DNA of 64,000 bases from an uncultured Flavobacteriales bacterium (GTDB taxonomy: Bacteria > Bacteroidota > Bacteroidia > Flavobacteriales_E > Vicingaceae): assembly GCA_905479995.1 (NCBI GenBank), contig CAJQON010000002.1, positions 35,263-99,262 of the forward strand, given 5' to 3'. Below are positions 48,544 to 57,101 of the stretch, one piece after another. A model generated the notes under the pieces. It made no database searches and was not told the origin of the DNA. It worked only from the letters and a program-made list of their open reading frames with translations. Each line of letters starts with the position of its first letter. Position 1 is the stretch's first letter. The translations under genes and the position numbers were made by a program.

Positions 48544-51500
48544 ATGAGAAAAATACTACTAGGAGCATTACTACTAATATTTAGCTTCAACATTGCTACT
48601 GCCCAAGATACTGTGGTGGTTCAAACTTTAGATTTTAATGACATTACCAAACGAAGAGGATGGTATGTATTCCCAAAGGACACGAGTTATCAAAAAATAT
48701 TAATGTATTACACCTTAAAGTGTGATGCAGCTACAACACAAGACAATTATGCTTGTGGAGAATGGGACTATACAACTTACACTAATTTGTATTTACATGA
48801 CAATGCCGGAGCATTTCGATACATGGTAAATGGTGCATACCCAGACACTATAAATTATGTAAACAATCCTATGTACACGTATTTTGAAAGTTACCAGTAC
48901 TTTTTAAATCATACTGGTATGACTTCAGAAACAAATCATACTGTTGGAACTGGAACTACACCAATGACACACACTGCGCTATCGAGCAATGCAAACGGTA
49001 AGGCACAATATCTTTGGCAAGCAAGCGAGTTAATTACTGCCGGATTAGGTGGTGGAACAATAGATAAATTAAAGTTAGATTTAACTGCTTTAGGTGGAAG
49101 TTTAGACAACTTAACCATTAACATGAAGCACACTAGCTTAACTGCCTTGGGTGATACTATTTATGAGAAAACGGGATTAACTGAAGTGTATAAAATCAAT
49201 ACAACTTTTGCATCTACCGGAATTAATACCATCAACTTAACCACTCCATTTATCTGGGATGGAACTTCTAACATTGTAATTGAATTTTGCTTTAGCAATG
49301 CTTCACCAAGTACTAATAATTCGGTAAATGGAGATGCGACAGCATTTAACTCAGGTGTATATTCACCGCAAGATGACGGAGATTTAAAATTTGCTTGGGG
49401 AAATTATGTAGAAATACCTGGAGCTGCATTTGCTGCTGTGGATAGCTTTGTAACTGTTTCATTTTGGGCCTATGGCGACACTGCTCAATTGCCAAAAAAC
49501 ACTTACATTTTTGAGGGTAGAGATGCTAATGGTTATAGAGTATTAAATTCTCATTTACCATGGGGAAATAGCCAGGTTTATTGGGATGCTGGAAACTCAG
49601 CCACCAATTCTAGCGATAGAATACAACTAGCTGCCAATCCAGCAGATTTTAAAGGTTCATGGAGCCACTGGGCACTAACCAAAGATGTTAGTACTGGAGA
49701 AATGAAAGTTTTCTTAAACGGTAAATTGTTTAATAGTGGCACTGGAAAAACAAAAACAATGGCAGGAATTACCGATTTTAAAATTGGTGGTGGAGTAAAT
49801 GCTGGAGGAAGATATGATGGTTCTATTCATGATTTTAGGGTTTGGAATGTAGCGTTAGATTCTGCTACAATTAATGAATGGATGTATAAAGATGTAACAG
49901 CATCACACCCTAACTACCCTAACCTACAAGCTTACTATAAGTTTGATGATATGACAGGAAAGAAAAGTGTTGATTCATCGCCTAACGGACATGATGGAGA
50001 ATTAATTGGTATGCCTTCATGGAAATATATAGAAGGTTGCGATTTATATAGAAACATGACTCCTGTAATGGAACGACCAAATATTACATTTAGTCAAGGA
50101 GTTTACACAACGACACTTGATTCGGTATTAGTGTTAGATTCAGTGTTAAATCCTCAAATTAGTATTATCAAATCTACTACTAGTATTGATACTAGCCAAA
50201 GTGGAATTACAATGACTGTGGTTGATACCACCTATGGATGGGAGTCTGGATGGAGCTATACCTACGATCCTTATGGAGTAGTTTCAGACTCAACTTTTAT
50301 TAATTACACGACTCAATTAATAAATGAATACCAACAAACAACATTTCAATTACAAAACTATGTAACACCATATGGAATAGGTTTAGATTTAGGTCCAAAT
50401 GGATTTAGATGGGTGTATGATGTAACAGATTACAAACCATTACTACATGATACAGTTGAACTATCTGCAGGGAATCAACAAGAATTAATAGATGTAAAGT
50501 TTATTATGATTAAAGGTACACCTCCAAGAGAGCCTTTAAAAGTTGAGTCTATTTGGAATGGTGATTACCAACATAAAGATATTGCAAACGATGACGTTAT
50601 GAAAGCAGTAGATGTGGATTTAGACCCAAATGCTAGTTCATTTAGAATTAAAACTAGAACAAGTGGACACTGGTTTGGTGGTTTCCAAAACTGTGCAGAA
50701 TTTTGCCCTAAATACCACAATGTATTTGTTGATGGTGTGAAAGAATTTGAATGGTTAAACTGGAAAAAATGTGCAGGAAACCCAGTAAATGCTCAAGGCG
50801 GAACATGGGTATATGACAGAGCTGGTTGGTGTCCTGGTACATTTACAGATACTTATGACCATGAATTAACTCCTCACGTAACTCCAGGAACAACAGTTTC
50901 TTTAGATTATGGTATGGAAACTACAGCTGGTGGTATGGAAGGAAACTACAGAACTACTATGCAACTGGTAACTTACGGTCCTAATAGCTTTAATTTAGAT
51001 GCTAGAGTAGATGAAATTATTTCGCCAAACGATTGGGAATTTAGAAGCAAGCTAAACCCTATTTGTGCAGATCCTCAAGTTGTTATTCAAAACACAGGAA
51101 CTACCACACTAACAAGCTTAACTATTTTCTACAACATTTTAGGAGGTAGTTCAGAAAGCTACACATGGACAGGTAGTCTTGAGTTTATGGAAAAAGAAGA
51201 AGTAACCTTACCGATTCAATCTCAACGTTTTTTCTGGAGCTCTACGGCAAATGAAGATAGATTTGAAGTAACGGTGCGTTCTCCTAATGGATTACAAGAT
51301 GAATATCCTGAAAATGATTATGCTAGTACTACTTTTGTTAAACCAGATGTTTACAATGGCTTGTTTCACTTTAGAATTCAAACCAATGGAGCTGGGCATG
51401 AAAACTCTTATACGATAAAAGATGACCAAGGAAATATAGTAATGAGCAGATCAACTATGGCCAGCAACACGACTTATTACGATACCTTAAATTTAGCTGA

Positions 51501-51948
51501 TGGTTGCTACGTGTTAGACTTTTTGGATAGTGATGATGATGGAATGAGTTTCTTTGCAAATAATGATGGTAACGGTAGCCTTCGATTTTGGCCTACACCT
51601 TTTACTTGGGTAAAATCATTTGATTCTGAGTTTGGTAGTTTCTTTAAGTACCACTTTATTATTGACAACAATGTTGGAATGGATGAATTTGAGGAGGTTA
51701 GAACCATTGATGTTTACCCAAATCCTAGTCATGATATTTTTAACATGAGTTTATTTGGTTTTGAAAATGGAACAGTCCAAATTGAGGTATACAATGCAAT
51801 TGGCGAAGTGTATTTCAATGAAACCAATAACGTTTCCAATAACATCTTAAAATCTTCTATTAATTTAAAAGATGCTCCTAACGGAATTTATTTCTTAAAA
51901 GTTATTTCCGATGGAAATTATACAGTAAAACGTATCGTTAAAAATTAA
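48544..51948 (+). CDS. Large T9SS-secreted PNGase F-like glycoamidase homologue with inserted LamG-type domain
   Basis: Signal peptide. CGEWDY (aa 71-76), TPYGIG...DVTDYKPLL (aa 608-634), CAEFC...NPVNAQGGTWVYDRAGWCPG (aa 717-764). LamG-like WSHWALTKD...MKVFLNGKLF...YDGSIHDFRVWNVAL. CTD is VYPNPSHDIFNM...NGIYFLKVISDGNYTVKRIVKN. Confidence 0.75.
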   Translation: MRKILLGALLLIFSFNIATAQDTVVVQTLDFNDITKRRGWYVFPKDTSYQKILMYYTLKCDAATTQDNYACGEWDYTTYTNLYLHDNAGAFRYMVNGAYPDTINYVNNPMYTYFESYQYFLNHTGMTSETNHTVGTGTTPMTHTALSSNANGKAQYLWQASELITAGLGGGTIDKLKLDLTALGGSLDNLTINMKHTSLTALGDTIYEKTGLTEVYKINTTFASTGINTINLTTPFIWDGTSNIVIEFCFSNASPSTNNSVNGDATAFNSGVYSPQDDGDLKFAWGNYVEIPGAAFAAVDSFVTVSFWAYGDTAQLPKNTYIFEGRDANGYRVLNSHLPWGNSQVYWDAGNSATNSSDRIQLAANPADFKGSWSHWALTKDVSTGEMKVFLNGKLFNSGTGKTKTMAGITDFKIGGGVNAGGRYDGSIHDFRVWNVALDSATINEWMYKDVTASHPNYPNLQAYYKFDDMTGKKSVDSSPNGHDGELIGMPSWKYIEGCDLYRNMTPVMERPNITFSQGVYTTTLDSVLVLDSVLNPQISIIKSTTSIDTSQSGITMTVVDTTYGWESGWSYTYDPYGVVSDSTFINYTTQLINEYQQTTFQLQNYVTPYGIGLDLGPNGFRWVYDVTDYKPLLHDTVELSAGNQQELIDVKFIMIKGTPPREPLKVESIWNGDYQHKDIANDDVMKAVDVDLDPNASSFRIKTRTSGHWFGGFQNCAEFCPKYHNVFVDGVKEFEWLNWKKCAGNPVNAQGGTWVYDRAGWCPGTFTDTYDHELTPHVTPGTTVSLDYGMETTAGGMEGNYRTTMQLVTYGPNSFNLDARVDEIISPNDWEFRSKLNPICADPQVVIQNTGTTTLTSLTIFYNILGGSSESYTWTGSLEFMEKEEVTLPIQSQRFFWSSTANEDRFEVTVRSPNGLQDEYPENDYASTTFVKPDVYNGLFHFRIQTNGAGHENSYTIKDDQGNIVMSRSTMASNTTYYDTLNLADGCYVLDFLDSDDDGMSFFANNDGNGSLRFWPTPFTWVKSFDSEFGSFFKYHFIIDNNVGMDEFEEVRTIDVYPNPSHDIFNMSLFGFENGTVQIEVYNAIGEVYFNETNNVSNNILKSSINLKDAPNGIYFLKVISDGNYTVKRIVKN

Positions 51949-51966
51949 CAAACCTTTAGGTCAAAC

Positions 51967-52000
51967 AAAAGCCGAAGCGGAATTATGCTTCGGCTTTTTT
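51967..52000 (+). terminator. Rho-independent terminator of 48544-51948
   Basis: GCCGAAGC-ggaattat-GCTTCGGC followed by TTTTTT, 20 nt after the stop. Confidence 0.8.
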
Positions 52001-52095
52001 GTGCTTAAAAAATTACGTATTTCACGCAAATTTACACGCAACAATACCTAGTTAAATTAAGTATTTGACCTATTGTTTTGAACACTTCCTTTTAA

Positions 52096-52103
52096 TATAT
52101 TTG
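52096..52103 (+). promoter_or_regulatory. Candidate -7 box TATATTTG (TAnnTTTG), implying a ~200-nt leader for 52318-53139
   Basis: Exact motif, with a TTTG about 17 nt upstream (52076-52079). Confidence 0.3.
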
Positions 52104-52317
52104 TACTTTACTTAGTTTACGAATTTACTTTTTAACCAATTGTTCCCTTTTGCCCGGCTCATCAAAAAAGAAAAAAGTAACCCTATAGCAATTGTTGCCT
52201 AGCGCAAAACAACTGGACCCCAATTCGTAGCTCCTATCTCATAAAATCCTATCCTTTTTTAATTAAAGAGGACGCTGAAAATCTTATAGAGTAGGCATTT
52301 ATTTAATACAATTTAAA

Positions 52318-53139
52318 ATGAAAACAATTAAATTAACACTTGTTGCTTTGGCAACAATTTTGTCTGTTGCATCTTGTAACAAAAACGAAACAAATCCATT
52401 GCCAACTTCTAAAGATGGAATAACTGCTGACAACTACACCCAAAAGAGTGGCGCAAAAGAAGGCGATGAAGATGGAACAACTACTATTTATGTACCTGCA
52501 CATCCACTTATAGAAGAATTGGCAACAAGCTCCAGTTTTAACGCATATTTAGAACAACGCAATCAAATATTTGAAACAATGGATGCAAGTGTAGCAGACA
52601 ATTTTAATGGAGATGAAGAAGCATTTAAACAAACTGTGCAGAATTGTTACGATAACAGAGACCTAGGCTGTTTAGCAAATGCGTACGGCTATCAAAATGA
52701 GGAAGAACTTAGCATTGCTATCACCAATTTTACTAGAGCAAATGAGGATGTTAACGATGATTTCCCTGATTTAGATAACTTGCCTGACGCTGAGTCAGAC
52801 ACCATTATGACTACTGCTGAATACATTATTACAACTGGACAAGTTCCTTTTTCCGAGACTGGATATTTTCCAGTTCCTGCCAATGTGTTTGATTATGTTT
52901 TTTGCATTTTTACTTGTAAGCAAGATTTTGATAGAAGCTCACAAGAAGCTTGGGAAGAATACATACCAAAAAGAGATTATTGCACAAACCTGTATGGATC
53001 TGGATTTAGTTGTGAAGACACAAATGGAGACCCTATACCTCAGTGTTTAGATTGCCTAGGAAGGGATCATGACTGGTTAAAGGTTCGATTGGCCACAGCT
53101 GTAGCAAGATATCGAAGATGCATTACAGTTTGTAAATGA
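52318..53139 (+). CDS. Orphan acidic, Cys-rich lipoprotein (273 aa)
   Basis: Lipobox LSVASC. The C-terminal ~80 aa holds 8 Cys (CIFTC...C...C...C..C...C..C). No family recognised. Confidence 0.65.
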   Translation: MKTIKLTLVALATILSVASCNKNETNPLPTSKDGITADNYTQKSGAKEGDEDGTTTIYVPAHPLIEELATSSSFNAYLEQRNQIFETMDASVADNFNGDEEAFKQTVQNCYDNRDLGCLANAYGYQNEEELSIAITNFTRANEDVNDDFPDLDNLPDAESDTIMTTAEYIITTGQVPFSETGYFPVPANVFDYVFCIFTCKQDFDRSSQEAWEEYIPKRDYCTNLYGSGFSCEDTNGDPIPQCLDCLGRDHDWLKVRLATAVARYRRCITVCK

Positions 53140-53183
53140 TTATAAACACTTATCTTTTAAACTAAAAAGCTTCACTTTCTACC

Positions 53184-53219
53184 CCCCCAAGCGGAATTCC
53201 GCTTGGGGGTTTTGGTTTT
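53184..53219 (+). terminator. Rho-independent terminator (perfect 26-nt palindrome plus T tract)
   Basis: CCCCCAAGCGGAATTCCGCTTGGGGG followed by TTTTGGTTTT, 45 nt after the stop of 52318-53139. Confidence 0.85.
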
Positions 53220-53282
53220 AAAAAAACAACAGAACTAATCAATGTAAAGCATTGTTTGTTGGTATTGTTGTGTTCTCGATAC

Positions 53283-53466
53283 ATTTTGAATGAAGAATTC
53301 AAAATACTCGAACGGGCAAATCCTGCAGAACCCTCATCATTTACGTCATTCCAGAAAATTTTGCGCAGCAATTAATTTATCTGGAAGCTAAAAAAAGATT
53401 CTTGTGTTCCATTGCTTTACAACAGGGAACACGAAATACTTATAACTGTCATCCTGAGCAATGACA
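53283..53466. repeat. Cluster of four short hairpin modules, two carrying the GTCAT(T/C)C motif
   Basis: ATTTTGAAT/ATTCAAAAT (53283-53305). ACGTCATTCCAGA...TCTGGAA (53343-53386). GTGTTCC...GGAACAC (53404-53432). CTGTCATCCTGAGCAATGACA (53446-53466). Confidence 0.5.
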
Positions 53467-53489
53467 TGCAAAGAGGCAGATTTTATATA

Positions 53490-54662
53490 CTAGTTGACGT
53501 AAAAGGCTTTTCCTTCTTTCACCATTCTTCTCAATAAAGGACTTGGTCGGTAACGGTCTTCTCCATATTCGTTAAAGAGGTCTTCTAACTTGGCCAACAC
53601 ATTATCCAAACCTACCTCATCTGCCCAAGCCAATAATCCTTTTGGGTAATTAACTCCTTTGGTCATGGCTAAATCAATGTCTTCTTTGCTGGCAATGTTT
53701 AAGAAAAGTGCATCTACAGCTTCGTTAATTAACATCGCTAAAATTCGCTTGTAAATTTGTTTTCCCAACACCTCATCTTTGTTTGGTTCTAGATTTATTG
53801 CATTTTCAGAATAATCAAAGTACCCTCTACCCGATTTCCTTCCATACCAACCTGCTTCTGAATGTCTTTTTTGAGTTAAAGAAGGCTTGTACCTTGGATC
53901 AAAATAGAACGCAGCAAAAACCGTTTCTGTAACCGTATAATTCACATCATTTCCAATGTAGTCCATTAAGGTAAAAGGCCCCATTCTGAACCCTGCCAAC
54001 TCAGTCATGGCCCAATCTATAGTAGCAAAATCTGCAACCCCTTCTTCATAAATCCTTAATGCTTCTCCGTAAAATGGTCGTGCCACTCGGTTTACAATAA
54101 ATCCAGGAGTATCTTTAGTTTGTACAGTTACTTTTTTCCATCCATCTATTAAAGCTCTAGCAGTAGTTGTAGTTGCATCAGAAGTTTGTACAGCAGGTAT
54201 AATTTCTACCAATGGCATTAATGGTGCTGGATTAAAGAAATGAATTCCTATCACCCTTTCAGAGTTATTGCACGATGCAGCAATGGATGCAATGGATAAA
54301 GAAGAAGTGTTACTAGCCAAAATACATTTGTCGTTCACAATGGTTTCCAGTTGAGCAAACACCTTTCTTTTAATGTCTACATTTTCTACGATAGCTTCTA
54401 TTACAACGCCACAATCAGCAAAATCGTTTATGTTTTCAGAAAATTTAATTCTACCAATAATAGCTGCTGCAGTAGCTTCATCTATTTTTTCTTTCTCTAC
54501 TAAACGGGCTAAAATTTTGTTTAAACTTTTTTCGGCTTTGGCCAATGCCTCCGAATTTAAGTCTACCAATACCACATTGTGTTGTTGAGTTGCTCCTATT
54601 TGAGCAATTCCACTTCCCATTGAACCTGCTCCTAGTACGCCTATTATTGCCTCTTTATTCAT
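53490..54662 (-). CDS. 3-hydroxyacyl-CoA (3-hydroxybutyryl/3-hydroxyadipyl-CoA) dehydrogenase, long form
   Basis: IGVLGAGSMGSGIA Rossmann motif, NTSSLSI, HFFNPAP, GFIVNR. Extra C-terminal domain, 390 aa. Confidence 0.88.
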   Translation of the reverse strand: MNKEAIIGVLGAGSMGSGIAQIGATQQHNVVLVDLNSEALAKAEKSLNKILARLVEKEKIDEATAAAIIGRIKFSENINDFADCGVVIEAIVENVDIKRKVFAQLETIVNDKCILASNTSSLSIASIAASCNNSERVIGIHFFNPAPLMPLVEIIPAVQTSDATTTTARALIDGWKKVTVQTKDTPGFIVNRVARPFYGEALRIYEEGVADFATIDWAMTELAGFRMGPFTLMDYIGNDVNYTVTETVFAAFYFDPRYKPSLTQKRHSEAGWYGRKSGRGYFDYSENAINLEPNKDEVLGKQIYKRILAMLINEAVDALFLNIASKEDIDLAMTKGVNYPKGLLAWADEVGLDNVLAKLEDLFNEYGEDRYRPSPLLRRMVKEGKAFYVN

Positions 54663-54667
54663 CTTAA

Positions 54668-55444
54668 TTATTCTCCTTTAAATTCTGGTTTTCTTTTTTC
54701 TAAAAATGCACTTACACCTTCTTGGTAATCATACGTTTGCCCTGCTTCGTTTTGCAACTCGCCTTCGAGGTTAAGTTGTTGTTCTAAATTGTTACCATAA
54801 GATTCGTTTAACAATCTTTTGGTTAAACCAATTCCTTTAGTTGGCATTTTAGCCAATTTATTAGCCATAGCCATAGCTTCTTCTTGCAAACTTTCATCAG
54901 GAACAGCTCTGTATATCATGCCCATTTTTTCAGCATCTGCAGCCATAACTTTATCTCCTAAAAACATTAAAGCTGCTGCTTTTTGCATACCTACCAATCG
55001 AGGTAAATAGTAGGTTCCTCCACTATCAGGTACTAAACCAATTTTACTAAATGCCTGTATAAAAGCTGCAGATTCTCCAGCCAAAGTAATGTCGCAAGCT
55101 AAAGCAATGTTTGCTCCCGCTCCCGCAGCAACTCCATTAACCGCACAAACAATTGGTTTTTCTATTTTCCGCAAGCGAGTAATAATTGGGTTATAATGTT
55201 CTTCAACAATTTTAGGCAGTTCCGTTTGGTTAGGATCTATTGCTTCAGCCAAATCTTGACCTGCACAAAATGCTTTACCTGTTCCGGTTAAGTAAATTGC
55301 TCTTACCGCAGCATTGCTTTCACAATCATCTAGGGCTTTATGTAAATCAAAAGCCATTGCACGTACAAAACTGTTAAATTTATCTGGTCGGTTTAAAGTA
55401 ATTATTCCAACTCCGTTTTCTATTTCAAAATTGATGTTGCTCAT
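54668..55444 (-). CDS. Enoyl-CoA hydratase/isomerase family (PaaG-like)
   Basis: From ATG 55444: MSNINFEIENGVGIITLNRPDKFNSF...GKAFCAGQDL...AVNGVAAGAGANIALACD. The track ORF extension to 55504 reads through a repeat element. Confidence 0.85.
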   Translation of the reverse strand: MSNINFEIENGVGIITLNRPDKFNSFVRAMAFDLHKALDDCESNAAVRAIYLTGTGKAFCAGQDLAEAIDPNQTELPKIVEEHYNPIITRLRKIEKPIVCAVNGVAAGAGANIALACDITLAGESAAFIQAFSKIGLVPDSGGTYYLPRLVGMQKAAALMFLGDKVMAADAEKMGMIYRAVPDESLQEEAMAMANKLAKMPTKGIGLTKRLLNESYGNNLEQQLNLEGELQNEAGQTYDYQEGVSAFLEKRKPEFKGE

Positions 55445-55460
55445 AGTTTTTATATTCTTA

Positions 55461-55572
55461 ACGTCATTGCGAGTTCCGACAACTATCGGGGCGAAGCAAT
55501 CCAATTAGAAGATTACTTTACCTTAATTTATTCTTCGACAAGCTCAGAATGACATTAAGATTCGTAATGACG
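55461..55572. repeat. MITE-like pair of inverted GTCATT-type modules (gene-less relative of 17794-18197)
   Basis: Left module is ACGTCATTGCGAG-(17 nt)-GCGAAGCAATCC (55461-55502). The reverse complement of 55527-55555 is ATGTCATTCTGAGC-TT-GTCGAAGAATAAA. A third partial copy, as reverse complement, is CGTCATTACGAAT (55560-55572). Confidence 0.55.
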
Positions 55573-55578
55573 AATTTT

Positions 55579-57057
55579 TTACATTCGATTTTTCTTCCAA
55601 TTCGATTTTACTTTGTTATCCAATACCTCAACCTGCTTCCTGCTTCCTTCTTCATACATTTTAGCTACAAATAAGGCTGCAACTTCTTCTTTATCGTTAT
55701 TTTCTTTATCCAACATTTCAGGTGAAAAATGCTTACTTACAAAGTGAGTATCAAAATTTCCACTAACAAAAGCTTCATGCTCTAACGCAAACTTACAAAA
55801 GGGCATAGTAGTTTCTACACCGCTAATAATGTAATCGTCCATAGCACGTATCATTCTCGTTCTTGCTTCTTCTCTATCTTTACCATGCGTAATTAACTTA
55901 GAAATCATTGGATCATAATAAATCGGAATTTCCATACCTTCTTCAAAACCATCATCAACACGTATTCCCATTCCCTCTGGTCTGATGTAGGTATTTAACG
56001 TACCAATGTCTGGCAAAAAGTTATTTCTAGGATCTTCAGCATAGACTCTCACTTCAAAAGAGTGTCCGTTTATTTTAATGCTGTCTTGAGTAACACTTAA
56101 TTTTTCACCTCTAGCAATGTTAATTTGCTCTTTTACCAAATCCATTCCAGTAATCATTTCAGTAACTGGATGCTCTACTTGCAAACGCGTATTCATTTCT
56201 AAGAAATAAAAGTCTTTGTTGTTTTCCAATAAAAACTCTACTGTACCTGCACCAACATAATTACAAGATCGAGCAACATCAACTGCACATTTACCCATTG
56301 CGACTCTAATTTCGGGTGTTAATACAGCCGAAGGAGCTTCTTCAATTACTTTTTGATGACGTCTTTGAATGGAACATTCTCGCTCAAACAAGTAAACAAT
56401 GTTTCCATGTGTATCGGCAATAATTTGTATTTCTATGTGACGAGGAGAACCTACGTATTTTTCAATAAACACGGCTCCATTACCAAAAGAGTTAACAGCT
56501 TCACTCACTGCTCTATCCATTTGTTCTTCAAACTCATCAGCATTTTCTACTACTCGCATTCCTTTTCCTCCACCTCCAGCAGCAGCCTTAATTAAAATAG
56601 GAAACCCTATTCCTTTAGCTATTTCTTTGGCAGCAGGTATATCTTCAATGGCCTCATCGGTTCCGGGAACCATAGGAATGTTATAACTCTTTACCGTATC
56701 TTTTGCTTTAAGCTTATCGCCCATTAGCTCCATGGCTTCGGGTGATGGTCCAATAAAGGTAACTCCTGCTTCAGTAAATCTTCTGGTTGCTTCTGCGTTT
56801 TCAGATAAAAAACCATAGCCTGGATGCACGCCATCTACATTTAAATCTTTACAAATTTTTAAAATCTTATCTACCTGTAAATACGATTCACTAGATGGGG
56901 GCGGCCCCACGCAAACAGCTTCATCGGCATATTTTACAAAGGGTGCTTTTCGATCTGCTTCAGAAAAAATTGCAACGGTTTTTATTCCCATTTCTCTAGC
57001 GGTACGCATTACACGTAAAGCTATCTCTCCTCTATTTGCAATTAATATTTTGTTCAT
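55579..57057 (-). CDS. accC: Biotin carboxylase subunit (acetyl/acyl-CoA carboxylase)
   Basis: MNKILIANRGEIALRV, GYGFLSEN, GGGGKGMR, EMNTRLQVEHPVTE. Has a ~45-aa C-terminal extension, no biotinyl domain and no adjacent accB. Confidence 0.88.
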   Translation of the reverse strand: MNKILIANRGEIALRVMRTAREMGIKTVAIFSEADRKAPFVKYADEAVCVGPPPSSESYLQVDKILKICKDLNVDGVHPGYGFLSENAEATRRFTEAGVTFIGPSPEAMELMGDKLKAKDTVKSYNIPMVPGTDEAIEDIPAAKEIAKGIGFPILIKAAAGGGGKGMRVVENADEFEEQMDRAVSEAVNSFGNGAVFIEKYVGSPRHIEIQIIADTHGNIVYLFERECSIQRRHQKVIEEAPSAVLTPEIRVAMGKCAVDVARSCNYVGAGTVEFLLENNKDFYFLEMNTRLQVEHPVTEMITGMDLVKEQINIARGEKLSVTQDSIKINGHSFEVRVYAEDPRNNFLPDIGTLNTYIRPEGMGIRVDDGFEEGMEIPIYYDPMISKLITHGKDREEARTRMIRAMDDYIISGVETTMPFCKFALEHEAFVSGNFDTHFVSKHFSPEMLDKENNDKEEVAALFVAKMYEEGSRKQVEVLDNKVKSNWKKNRM

Positions 57058-57101
57058 AGTTGTAAATTATTTGAAGGCCTAAAGATAATAATTGTAAGGA
57101 A

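Noticed and set aside
53162-53371. 69-aa minus-strand ORF
   Set aside because: It reads straight through the 26-nt palindromic terminator (giving PPSGIPLGG) and the hairpin repeats. It is an artefact of intergenic repeats, not a gene.
54668-55504. Longer version of the PaaG-like ORF starting MDCFAPIVVGTRNDVKNIKT
   Set aside because: The extra 20 codons are a translation of the GTCATTGCGAG...GCGAAGCAATC repeat. The family-typical N-terminus MSNINFEIENG starts at 55444.
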